From contig SUUK01000002.1 in NCBI GenBank assembly GCA_015062535.1, forward strand, positions 98,724 through 162,723: a DNA stretch of 64,000 nt. Reading direction: 5' to 3'. Under the pieces are notes generated by a model. The model made no database searches. It saw only the letters and a program-made list of their open reading frames with translations, and had not been told where the DNA came from. Position numbers and translations under genes: made by a program. The stretch's first letter is position 1; every line of letters begins with the position of its first letter. Positions 37,623 to 46,294 of the stretch are shown here, piece by piece. The DNA comes from Alphaproteobacteria bacterium. Lineage in GTDB: Bacteria; Pseudomonadota; Alphaproteobacteria; RF32; CAG-239.

Positions 37623-38993
37623 ATGAAAAAAGTGATTACATATGGAACATTTGATTTATTACATCAAGGGCATGTGAATATTTTAAAAAGAGCAAAAGAA
37701 CAGGGCGATTATTTAATTGTTGGAGTTACTAGTGAAAATTATGATGAACAACGTGGCAAATTAAATGTAATGCAGTCTTTGTTTGAACGTATAGAAAATG
37801 TAAAAAAAACAGGTTTGGCTGATCAAATTGTTGTTGAAGAATATATGGGCCAGAAAATCCAAGATATTCAAAAATATGGAGTTGATAAATTTGTTATTGG
37901 CTCTGACTGGCTGGGTAAATTTGATTATTTAAATGAATATTGTGAAGTAATTTATTTAGATAGAACAGTTGGCATTTCTTCAACTGATTTAAGGAATAGT
38001 AAAAATAATATTCTTAGATTGGGGGTTGTAGGAAATGGTCGTATTGCTAAACGATTTGTAAAAGAAGCTAGATTTGTTAGTGGTTTAGAAATAGAATATG
38101 TATTTGGGCGTAATGAGAATAGACTATCCGAATTTTGTAAAGATTATAGTTTAGTTGGATATGATACGGATTATGATGTGTTTTTGGAAAAAGTTGACGC
38201 TGTGTATATAGCTTTACCTCATACACTTCATTATGTATTTGCTAAAGAAGCTTTACTTAAAGGAAAGCATGTATTATGTGAAAAGCCTATAACACTTTCA
38301 CTAGATGAAGCAAAAGAATTATATACTATAGCTAAAGAAAATAATTTAATAATTCAAGAAGCAATTAAGACTGTTTATGCTCCTTGTTTTGCTCGTTTAT
38401 TATCTATGGTAAAAAGCGGTGTTATTGGAAAAATTAAAGATGTTGAGGCTACTTTTACAAAATTAATAAATGACAAAACTCTTCGTGAATATGATTTATT
38501 ATCAGGAGGAGGAAGTTTAACAGAATTAGGTAGCTATCCTCTTTGTTTGATAACCAAAGTATTGGGGACAAGTCCTAAAAAAGTTATATATACAGATTTT
38601 AAAGATAAAGAAACAGGTGTTGATTTAATGAATAAAACAACTTTAATTTATTCAAATGCAATAGCTACGTCAACAGTTGGAATAGGAGTTAAAAAGGAAG
38701 GAAATTGTATTATTTCTGGTACTGAAGGATATATATATATACCAGCACCATGGTGGAAAACTGAATATTTTGAAGTTCGTTTTGAAAATCAATCTAAAAA
38801 TAAAAAGGTCTATGTCGAATTTACTGATGATGGTTTGAGATATGAGATTGCAGACTTTCTTAAGGCTGTAAATACCAAAAAAGAGACTTATAAACTTACT
38901 TTTGATGAAAGTCTATTTATTAGTAGTGTTATAGATGCTTATAAGAATAATGGAGAATTTTCTTTTGAAAAAGAATATATTTGCTTGGAATAA
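37623..38993 (+). CDS. bifunctional cytidylyltransferase (TagD/glycerol-3-phosphate cytidylyltransferase-like) / Gfo-Idh-MocA family oxidoreductase (CDP-alditol synthesis)
   Basis: N-terminal VITYGTFDLLHQGHVNILKRAKEQGDYLIVGVTSE (HxGH cytidylyltransferase); C-terminal LRLGVVGNGRIAKRFVKEA Rossmann + EKP motif of Gfo/Idh/MocA. Confidence 0.72.
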   Translation: MKKVITYGTFDLLHQGHVNILKRAKEQGDYLIVGVTSENYDEQRGKLNVMQSLFERIENVKKTGLADQIVVEEYMGQKIQDIQKYGVDKFVIGSDWLGKFDYLNEYCEVIYLDRTVGISSTDLRNSKNNILRLGVVGNGRIAKRFVKEARFVSGLEIEYVFGRNENRLSEFCKDYSLVGYDTDYDVFLEKVDAVYIALPHTLHYVFAKEALLKGKHVLCEKPITLSLDEAKELYTIAKENNLIIQEAIKTVYAPCFARLLSMVKSGVIGKIKDVEATFTKLINDKTLREYDLLSGGGSLTELGSYPLCLITKVLGTSPKKVIYTDFKDKETGVDLMNKTTLIYSNAIATSTVGIGVKKEGNCIISGTEGYIYIPAPWWKTEYFEVRFENQSKNKKVYVEFTDDGLRYEIADFLKAVNTKKETYKLTFDESLFISSVIDAYKNNGEFSFEKEYICLE

Positions 38994-39010
38994 TTTTTTA
39001 TGAAATTGTT

Positions 39011-39961
39011 TTATCGGTTTAGAAAAGTAAATAGTTTAATTTTGTTTTTTAGTGAAAGGCCTTTGTAGGTTATTAAATTTTGGGTTTTTAGTTGTCTTAT
39101 AAGGTCTTTTGTTTGATTAATTAACTCGGTGTCTTTTGAGCGGAGAGCCGAGTTCATCATCATTTTTATTGTTCGTGATATTCTTGTTTGTTTTACCTTT
39201 TGCCACTTTTTAGGCGCTTTTTCTTGATAATAGTTGTAAACAGCATTTATTCCTTTGACATAATCACAAGCTTTTTGATAGTTGAAACTACTGCGCATTA
39301 TTGATGAACCTGAAATACGGTATCCATATAAACGTGATTTTAGCCAAACAAAACCATTTGCACGTTCAAAAACTTGGCAGTTATATACCCAATCTTCATA
39401 ATATATGTGTGGTACAAACTCTATGTCTGATATGACGCTTCTTTTGTATAGTTTGTTCCAGACATTAAAATGGATAAAATTGTTTTTGTGTAATAGTACT
39501 TTTAGTGCATCTTTGTAAATGATAGGGTGGGCAGTGGTGTTTTTGAATTTATCGTTTTTTATGGTCATCTTTTCAAAATTACAGCCAATAATATCAAAGC
39601 CTAGCCCTGTTTGACTATATAAACATTCTAAAAAATTAGTTGCATAAAAATCATCACTATCTATAAAAGCAATGTACTTTCCGGTTGATTTTTTTATACC
39701 ATTATTGCGAGCGCATGAAAGACCTTGGTTTTCTTGGTCTATTATTGTTATACGGGGGTCTTTGGAGGCGTATTCTTCTAATATTTCTAAAGAGTTGTCT
39801 GTTGAACCATCATTAATGCAAATTAATTCCCAGTTGGTGAAAGTTTGATTGATAACACTTTCTATGCTTTGCCTTAAATACAAAGAAGTATTGTATACTG
39901 GCATTATTACCGATATTTCGGGAGTGGTGGTTTTGTTAGTCATGATAGTCCATTGTTTCAA
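39011..39961 (-). CDS. family 2 glycosyltransferase
   Basis: ISVIMPVYNTSLYLRQSIESVINQTFTNWELICINDGSTDNS...FIDSDDF. Confidence 0.85.
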   Translation of the reverse strand: MKQWTIMTNKTTTPEISVIMPVYNTSLYLRQSIESVINQTFTNWELICINDGSTDNSLEILEEYASKDPRITIIDQENQGLSCARNNGIKKSTGKYIAFIDSDDFYATNFLECLYSQTGLGFDIIGCNFEKMTIKNDKFKNTTAHPIIYKDALKVLLHKNNFIHFNVWNKLYKRSVISDIEFVPHIYYEDWVYNCQVFERANGFVWLKSRLYGYRISGSSIMRSSFNYQKACDYVKGINAVYNYYQEKAPKKWQKVKQTRISRTIKMMMNSALRSKDTELINQTKDLIRQLKTQNLITYKGLSLKNKIKLFTFLNR

Positions 39962-40205
39962 TTAAACGTTCGATTAAATGAAACATATAATTTTAAAATA
40001 GGTATGTAAACCTTATTTATTTTTTTGGGGGAATTTGGTGGATAAGTAATTTTTTATGAGGATTTGGTAAGGTTGTAACAAAAGAATATATACTTTTGGC
40101 TATATTCTAGAACCTTTGTTTATATTCAGTTCTATATCTTTTAGGATTATATAGTGGTCATTAGTTGTGTTTTTAATCGGACGTTTAGATAAAACGGTGG
40201 GATTG

Positions 40206-41237
40206 ATGAAGCAAGAATTACGGACTAATGAAATTTCTGTAATTATGCCTATTTATAAAACTAAAGTTGAGCATTTGCGCTTGGCAATTCAAAGCGTTTT
40301 GGCTCAAAGTTTTAGTGATTTTGAGTTTATTATACTAAATGATAGCCCTCAGGATAAACGTTTGAAGGAGATTGTAGATAGCTTTGCAGATAATCGTATT
40401 AAATATTTTGAAAATGAGGTTAATCTTGGAATTGCAAAAAGCTATAATAAGTTGCTTGATTTGGCTAAAGGTAAATATATTGCGCTTATGAATCATGATG
40501 ATGAAATGAAAAAAGAGCGCCTTAAAAAACAATATGAATTTTTGGAAAAAAATAGTGATGTAGGGCTTGTTGGAACTGCTTATAAAAAGTTTGGTGAGGT
40601 AAATAGGTTTAAAAATATATTGTGCCCGAAAAGTCATGATGAGATTTTGGCGATGTTTTTATTTAAATCTCCAGTTCATCATCCTACTATCATGATGCGA
40701 GGTGATATTATCAAAAAATATAATATTCGTTATAACGAAGAGTTTATTAGTCTAAATGACAGACAGCTGTGTTGGGAGTTTAGTAAATATTCTAGGGTAT
40801 CGAATCTAGATGAGGTGTTGTATAAATATCGGTTTCATCCGGATATGACCTCTAAAAAGATGAAGATGGATATTAGAAAAGAAAGAGCGAAGTTTCATAA
40901 GCTTTGGTTTGAGTATAATGATATAAACTTGAGTGATGATGAAGTTGATGTCTTTGATAATTATGTGACTTTTGGTAGAGCAAAAATTAAGGATAAGAGT
41001 GTTATTAAAAAATCTGTTGCAGTGCTTGATAAGTTGGTTGAGATAAACGAATCTAAAAACTTATTAAATAATGTTGCTTTTAGGAAAGTTTGTGCAGGGT
41101 ATGCTAGGAAACGTTGTTTGAATGCGATTTTTTGCGGATTATTGAATATTAAAGATATTATCAATTCTACAAAACTTCCGATGAAGAAAAAAGGGCAGAT
41201 GCTGTTTTTTAATACTGTTTTTGGGTGGAGAAAGTAG
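40206..41237 (+). CDS. family 2 glycosyltransferase
   Basis: ISVIMPIYKTKVEHLRLAIQSVLAQSFSDFEFIILNDSPQD; ATG 40206 (track ORF from 40167). Confidence 0.8.
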   Translation: MKQELRTNEISVIMPIYKTKVEHLRLAIQSVLAQSFSDFEFIILNDSPQDKRLKEIVDSFADNRIKYFENEVNLGIAKSYNKLLDLAKGKYIALMNHDDEMKKERLKKQYEFLEKNSDVGLVGTAYKKFGEVNRFKNILCPKSHDEILAMFLFKSPVHHPTIMMRGDIIKKYNIRYNEEFISLNDRQLCWEFSKYSRVSNLDEVLYKYRFHPDMTSKKMKMDIRKERAKFHKLWFEYNDINLSDDEVDVFDNYVTFGRAKIKDKSVIKKSVAVLDKLVEINESKNLLNNVAFRKVCAGYARKRCLNAIFCGLLNIKDIINSTKLPMKKKGQMLFFNTVFGWRK

Positions 41238-41241
41238 AGTT

Positions 41242-42090
41242 ATGAAAAAGCTAGCTGTACATCTTCATTTGTATTATCTTGAGCAATTAGATGAGATTTT
41301 AGAAAAGCTTTGTAATCTTGAAGAAATCGACTTTGACTTGTTTGTAACGATGTCTAAAGTTGATGAGGAAGTTAAGCGTAAAATACTAAATAAATTTTCG
41401 AATGCGAAAGTTTTTGTGGTGGCGAATCGGGGGTATGATATTGGGCCGTTTATTTGGTTTTTGCATCAGATTAATCTAGATGACTATGAGTATGTTTTGA
41501 AGTTGCATACGAAGGGTAAAAAAAGTAGCAACTATACATTTATTAAAAATAGAAGACTAGATAACGCTCTTTGGGGTAAAATTATGTGGGATAGTATGCT
41601 CAAATCAAAAGAGCGGGTTAGGAAAAATATACAAATATTAGATAGCAATGAAAATATTGGAATGGTTGGCTCGACGTATTGTTTTAGCAATGAAGAAAGG
41701 CACTATTTGCATTTGATGAATGATATAAATATTGCTATGGAGAAAATGGGGTTTCAGAAAATAAGTGGTTTAAGCTTTATTGCTGGGTGTATGTTTATGT
41801 GTAGGGCTAAAGTGTTAAAGCCATTGCTTATATATTCGCTTAATGATTTTGATGAAACTAATGGTAAGGTAAAAGATGAGACTCTAGCTCATGTGGTGGA
41901 GAGGTTGTTTGGGGCTATAGTTTTGGCGTTAGGGTATGATATTTTTCAAGTAAAGAATAGAGAATATTTTTGGGATTTTTTTAAGATTGCATTTAAGCGT
42001 GCGCTTATTCAAAAAAAGGTAACTAAATCAGGAAAAACAATTGTTAAGGTATGCAAAATACCGGTGTATATTAAAGATATGGAGGTATAA
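41242..42090 (+). CDS. RgpF-like (rhamnan synthesis protein F family) glycosyltransferase
   Basis: LAVHLHLYYLEQLDEI... N-terminal HLYY signature of RgpF family; overlaps upstream GT2. Confidence 0.55.
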   Translation: MKKLAVHLHLYYLEQLDEILEKLCNLEEIDFDLFVTMSKVDEEVKRKILNKFSNAKVFVVANRGYDIGPFIWFLHQINLDDYEYVLKLHTKGKKSSNYTFIKNRRLDNALWGKIMWDSMLKSKERVRKNIQILDSNENIGMVGSTYCFSNEERHYLHLMNDINIAMEKMGFQKISGLSFIAGCMFMCRAKVLKPLLIYSLNDFDETNGKVKDETLAHVVERLFGAIVLALGYDIFQVKNREYFWDFFKIAFKRALIQKKVTKSGKTIVKVCKIPVYIKDMEV

Positions 42091-42092
42091 AT

Positions 42093-43583
42093 ATGAAACT
42101 AGGGGCTTTGAAAGTACTTAGATTTTTTCATTTAATAGATAAATGTGAATATAATGTAAAACGTCAGATTGAAGTTATAAAAAGAACTCCGCTGTTTGAT
42201 GAAAAGTGGTATTTGGAAACAAATCCTGATGTGAAAAATATGAAAGGCGGAGCGATTAAGCACTATGTGGTTAATGGGTGGAAAGAAGGTAGGAATCCAA
42301 ATAAAGAGTTTGATGGTGAGATGTATCTTAAAAACTTTCCTCAATTAAAAGAAATGAATGTTTGTCCGTTGTTTCATTTTATTAAAAATAATAAGAAAAA
42401 AAGTTTTGAAATGTCTGAGTTTGCGGCTCATTTGTTTGATGTATGTGAAAGAAAAGATAAATTTGTTAAAAAAGATGAGACAGGAATTAATGAAAAAGAT
42501 TTAACTAAATTAATTGCTTTTTATTTGCCTCAATTTCATTTGTTTGAAGAAAATGAAAAATGGCATGGAAAAGGTTTTACTGAATGGACTAATGTAACTA
42601 AAGCTCTACCTCATTATGTGGGGCATTATCAACCACAATTGCCAATTGATGTTGGATTTTATGATTTAGCAAATGTTGAAGTTATGAGAAGACAGGTTGA
42701 ACTTGCAAAGTTATATGGAATTCATGGATTTTGTTTTCATTATTATTGGTTTTCTGGTAAAAAATTAATGGAAAAACCTCTATATAATTGGCTTAAAAAT
42801 AAGGATATAAATTTTCCGTTTTGTCTTTGTTGGGCTAATGAAAATTGGTCTAAGTTGTGGGATGGCGGTGATAGAGAAGTTTTGATGAAACAAGAATTAA
42901 AAAATGGAGATGATGAGAAATTTGCAAAAGACATTATCTGCTTTTTTAAGGATGATAGATATATAAGGGTAAATGGTGCGCCGTTGCTTATCGTTTATAG
43001 AGCAAGTTTGTTTAGTAATGAAAGGTTTTGCAAATTTATAGATAAGTTAAAAAGTGTTTGTAAAGAAAATGGAATTGATGATGTTTATGTTTGTTTAACA
43101 AATTCTTTTTCGTTTAATGAGAATCCTAAAAAATGGAACGCTAATGCAATTGTTGAGTTTCCTCCGCATATGGTTATTGCTCCACTTGTTAGAAAAAAGG
43201 TTATGTTTAGTACAAGTTGTTTAAATGTGTATGATTTTGGGCATTATATAAGAGAAGGAAAGCATCTTTATAAGACAAAGTTTACTTTATTTAAGACGGT
43301 GTTTCCAGGGTGGGATAATACTGCAAGAAAGGGTTTTAGTGGTGGTTCGGTTTTTGAAGGTTGTACTCCTCAGATTTATCAAAAATGGTTGGAAGACTGT
43401 ATTAGGTATACACAAAAGGAGCATAGTGATTTTGAACAATTTGTATTTATTAATGCTTGGAATGAATGGGCTGAAGGAGCTCATTTGGAACCTGATAGAT
43501 ATTATGGGTATGCATATTTAGATGCAACTAAAAAAGCTCTTTATAATACTCAGAAAGTAAATCTTGAGAAAGAGGCTTCTTAA
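42093..43583 (+). CDS. WbsX-family glycosyltransferase/glycoside-hydrolase-like protein
   Basis: 496 aa; IAFYLPQFHLFEENEKWHGKGFTEWTNV matches Glyco_tran_WbsX signature; extra about 140-aa N-terminal region. Confidence 0.68.
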   Translation: MKLGALKVLRFFHLIDKCEYNVKRQIEVIKRTPLFDEKWYLETNPDVKNMKGGAIKHYVVNGWKEGRNPNKEFDGEMYLKNFPQLKEMNVCPLFHFIKNNKKKSFEMSEFAAHLFDVCERKDKFVKKDETGINEKDLTKLIAFYLPQFHLFEENEKWHGKGFTEWTNVTKALPHYVGHYQPQLPIDVGFYDLANVEVMRRQVELAKLYGIHGFCFHYYWFSGKKLMEKPLYNWLKNKDINFPFCLCWANENWSKLWDGGDREVLMKQELKNGDDEKFAKDIICFFKDDRYIRVNGAPLLIVYRASLFSNERFCKFIDKLKSVCKENGIDDVYVCLTNSFSFNENPKKWNANAIVEFPPHMVIAPLVRKKVMFSTSCLNVYDFGHYIREGKHLYKTKFTLFKTVFPGWDNTARKGFSGGSVFEGCTPQIYQKWLEDCIRYTQKEHSDFEQFVFINAWNEWAEGAHLEPDRYYGYAYLDATKKALYNTQKVNLEKEAS

Positions 43584-43588
43584 GCAAA

Positions 43589-44362
43589 TTATTTTACTTC
43601 AAAGCGGAGGAGGGAGTTTGCTTTTTTAAGTGATGCATCTAGGCTTAAGTTTGGAGGAAGCCTATTGTTTCGGTATAAAGAACGTAGTTCGGCTCCATAT
43701 AGAGAATAGAGCTGTTGGAATAATGGTTTTGATGTATCTATTTGTTCGATTGTGTTTAATAAATAATGAATATCTGCATTCAATAGTTGTTCGGTTGTGT
43801 TTAACATTGGCTTTGTTTTGGGTGTTTCAATTTCTTCTGGAGTTTCTTCAACCACAATGTGTTCTGCAGTTAATACTGGAATATTTTCTTCTAATTCATA
43901 AGCCTCAGATGCGTTTGATGGAGTTGCTATTTCTGTTGGTGGTGTTTGGGTAATGGTTACTATTTCAGGTTCTAAAATGTCTTTTGGATGAGGCTTAGGT
44001 AAATATTTTTGGGGCTTATTTTGGGGTTTAGAAGCGTCTTTATGAGTAGATGCTTCTATAACTGATTTTTTTAATTTTCGACGCTCTACAGGTAATGATA
44101 TTTTGCGACGCAAATTATTTTTATATTGGGTTGATGGTGATAAATCTTCTTTGTTGGTGTCATTAGAAACAGTGTTGTTTTTTATATCATTATTTTTTTT
44201 AGGGTATCTTGCTTGGAGTTTTATATCATTTATGGTTGTGTTTTCTTGAAATGCTCCAGTTGGTACAAAGAAAGCATATTGGAGCTCTATATCTTTTGCA
44301 TATAGGGATTTATGTATAAAAAAACTAGACAATATACTTAAAAGAATATACATATATTTCAT
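43589..44362 (-). CDS. hypothetical secreted Pro/Thr-rich protein
   Basis: 257 aa; signal peptide MKYMYILLSILSSFFIHKSLYA; low-complexity PKP/TP-rich middle. Confidence 0.45.
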   Translation of the reverse strand: MKYMYILLSILSSFFIHKSLYAKDIELQYAFFVPTGAFQENTTINDIKLQARYPKKNNDIKNNTVSNDTNKEDLSPSTQYKNNLRRKISLPVERRKLKKSVIEASTHKDASKPQNKPQKYLPKPHPKDILEPEIVTITQTPPTEIATPSNASEAYELEENIPVLTAEHIVVEETPEEIETPKTKPMLNTTEQLLNADIHYLLNTIEQIDTSKPLFQQLYSLYGAELRSLYRNNRLPPNLSLDASLKKANSLLRFEVK

Positions 44363-44405
44363 GAAAAGACTCCAATGGGTTTTATTTTATATATAGGTAT
44401 TATAG

Positions 44406-45158
44406 ATGAAAAAAGTTTTTTTTGCATTAATTTTTGGTATGTTTTTTTGCAATCTAGGTATTGCTAATGAGAATCTTAAACAATATGAAGAAGAGTGTTT
44501 AAGTATTATTGATAAACCTAAAATTAAACTAACATCTTCATATGGAAAACTTAAATATGATTTTGAAAAAGATAGTAAGAGTTTAAGAGAAGAAACAGAG
44601 TTGCAATATAAAAAACAAGGTTTAGAGATGCCCAAAGAATTGGAGACTATGGGGCTTACAAAAATAAATGATTCTTTTGAGTTTAATATGGAAGTTGGAC
44701 AGGTTGGTGTTAGTCAAGGATATAAGTGCTTGTATCCCGAATCTATTGATGTGTTTATGGGGTATTATTTGCCTAGAATTTATATTGCTAAAGATGCTCC
44801 TGAAGGCAGTTGTGTGTATAATATTGCTCTTCGTCATGAGCAAACTCATATGCGAATCTATATTGAGGCATTAGATTTCTTTTTACCTAAGTTAAAAAAT
44901 AGAATGGAGAGGTCTATTGAAGAAAAAGGTGTGAGAATCGTTGCTCCTAATGAAGATGCTCAAACAGTTGCATCTATATATAATGAGGAATATACAAAGT
45001 ATCTTAAAGATTATGTTGATCATTGGAGAAAGCAGGTTATAAATGAACAACTGAAAATGGATTCTATTAAGCAATACATTACAGAATCTAGATTATGTAA
45101 GGAGCTTGAAGAAGAGGCTGAAAGAAAAAAAGAAAATGAAGATGAATTTGATTTTTAA
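44406..45158 (+). CDS. hypothetical secreted protein with HExxH-like motif (putative metallopeptidase-like)
   Basis: 250 aa; signal peptide; LRHEQTHMRIY (H-E-Q-T-H); terminator gtcggca...tgccgac at about 45181..45208. Confidence 0.4.
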   Translation: MKKVFFALIFGMFFCNLGIANENLKQYEEECLSIIDKPKIKLTSSYGKLKYDFEKDSKSLREETELQYKKQGLEMPKELETMGLTKINDSFEFNMEVGQVGVSQGYKCLYPESIDVFMGYYLPRIYIAKDAPEGSCVYNIALRHEQTHMRIYIEALDFFLPKLKNRMERSIEEKGVRIVAPNEDAQTVASIYNEEYTKYLKDYVDHWRKQVINEQLKMDSIKQYITESRLCKELEEEAERKKENEDEFDF

Positions 45159-45226
45159 TAAGAGAATCTAAAAAAAAGAAAAGTCGGCAAGAAAATGCCG
45201 ACTTTTTGTTAATAGAATCTAGGCGT

Positions 45227-45961
45227 TTAGCAGTTGTAATCTTTTTTTAAGCCTTTGATTGTTTCTTCTATGCCTTTGTAGGCTTTATCTATAAATTCCA
45301 TACCTTTTGCAGAGTTGTTGCGGTAGTAGACTCTAATGGTTGTCATACCTAATTGCTTTGCAAATTCTAGATTAGAGTAGCTATCATCAACAAAGATACA
45401 ATCTGTTGGTTTTTTATTTATTTTTTCGCATAGTTTTTGATATACCTCAGAACTTTCATTTTTCTTATATACATCAAAGTCTTCTACAGAATAGAATCTA
45501 CCTTTAAAGAACTCGTATAGTCCTAAATGTTTTAAGATTTTTTCGCAAATATCACGTGATGATGTTGAGAAAATATATTGAGTACATTGTAAGGTTTGGA
45601 GTTTTTCAAGGAGTCCATTATATGGTGTTATCATAGGGATATATTCTGTTTTATATTTATGATATGCAACATATAAATCTTTGTGTGATAATTTATAGAA
45701 TCTAGCAAAATGCTCTAAACCGTCACGATATGTAGAGTAAGACTCCTTTACTAAATCTGTTGCTGTTTGAAAATCAAGTGGTAAATTAAATTCATTTATT
45801 GCAGCAAGTGCTGTTGCTTCGTTAAGTTTGTTTTTATATTCGTCTGTTTCAAAATATAATGTATTATCTAAATCCCAAATAATGGTTTTTTCCACTTTTA
45901 TATCTCCGTAAATGTTAAATCTTCTAGAAAATATAGTACATCTAAAAGATTTTGAGGTCAA
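45227..45961 (-). CDS. HAD-superfamily hydrolase (paralog 3; pyrimidine-5'-nucleotidase-like)
   Basis: IIWDLDNTLY motif I; IFVDDSYSNLEFAKQLGMTTIRV motif IV. Confidence 0.62.
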   Translation of the reverse strand: MTSKSFRCTIFSRRFNIYGDIKVEKTIIWDLDNTLYFETDEYKNKLNEATALAAINEFNLPLDFQTATDLVKESYSTYRDGLEHFARFYKLSHKDLYVAYHKYKTEYIPMITPYNGLLEKLQTLQCTQYIFSTSSRDICEKILKHLGLYEFFKGRFYSVEDFDVYKKNESSEVYQKLCEKINKKPTDCIFVDDSYSNLEFAKQLGMTTIRVYYRNNSAKGMEFIDKAYKGIEETIKGLKKDYNC

Positions 45962-46184
45962 TATTAATATTTTTTATAAGATAAAACAAAAAAGTTTAAA
46001 AACTTGTTAGTAACATATTTAAATATATTGGAGGGGTGGTTGTGGACGTTTTAAAAAAAAAAAATCGTTTTATTATTAGTGGGTTATGAAAAAGTTTAAA
46101 AAAAGTGGGTGCAAAAGCTTGTAATTTAAAGCGTTTTTTTTCATTATGAAAACAGTTTCGGAAATGAACTGATGGAGATGCTTC

Positions 46185-46236
46185 CACAATATATAGTATG
46201 TGTTTACCATTTTTTAACACAATATATAGTAGAGTG
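46185..46236 (+). promoter_or_regulatory. two tandem NrdR-box-like operators upstream of nrdD
   Basis: CACAATATATAGTATGTG (46185-46202) and ACACAATATATAGTAGAGTG (46217-46236), about 32 bp centre-to-centre; resemble NrdR box consensus acaCwAtATaTwGtgt. Confidence 0.45.
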
Positions 46237-46294
46237 CGTTTCGAAGACGAAAAATTTAAGTTACAAAAATTTTATGAGAAGGGAAGAGTAAAAA

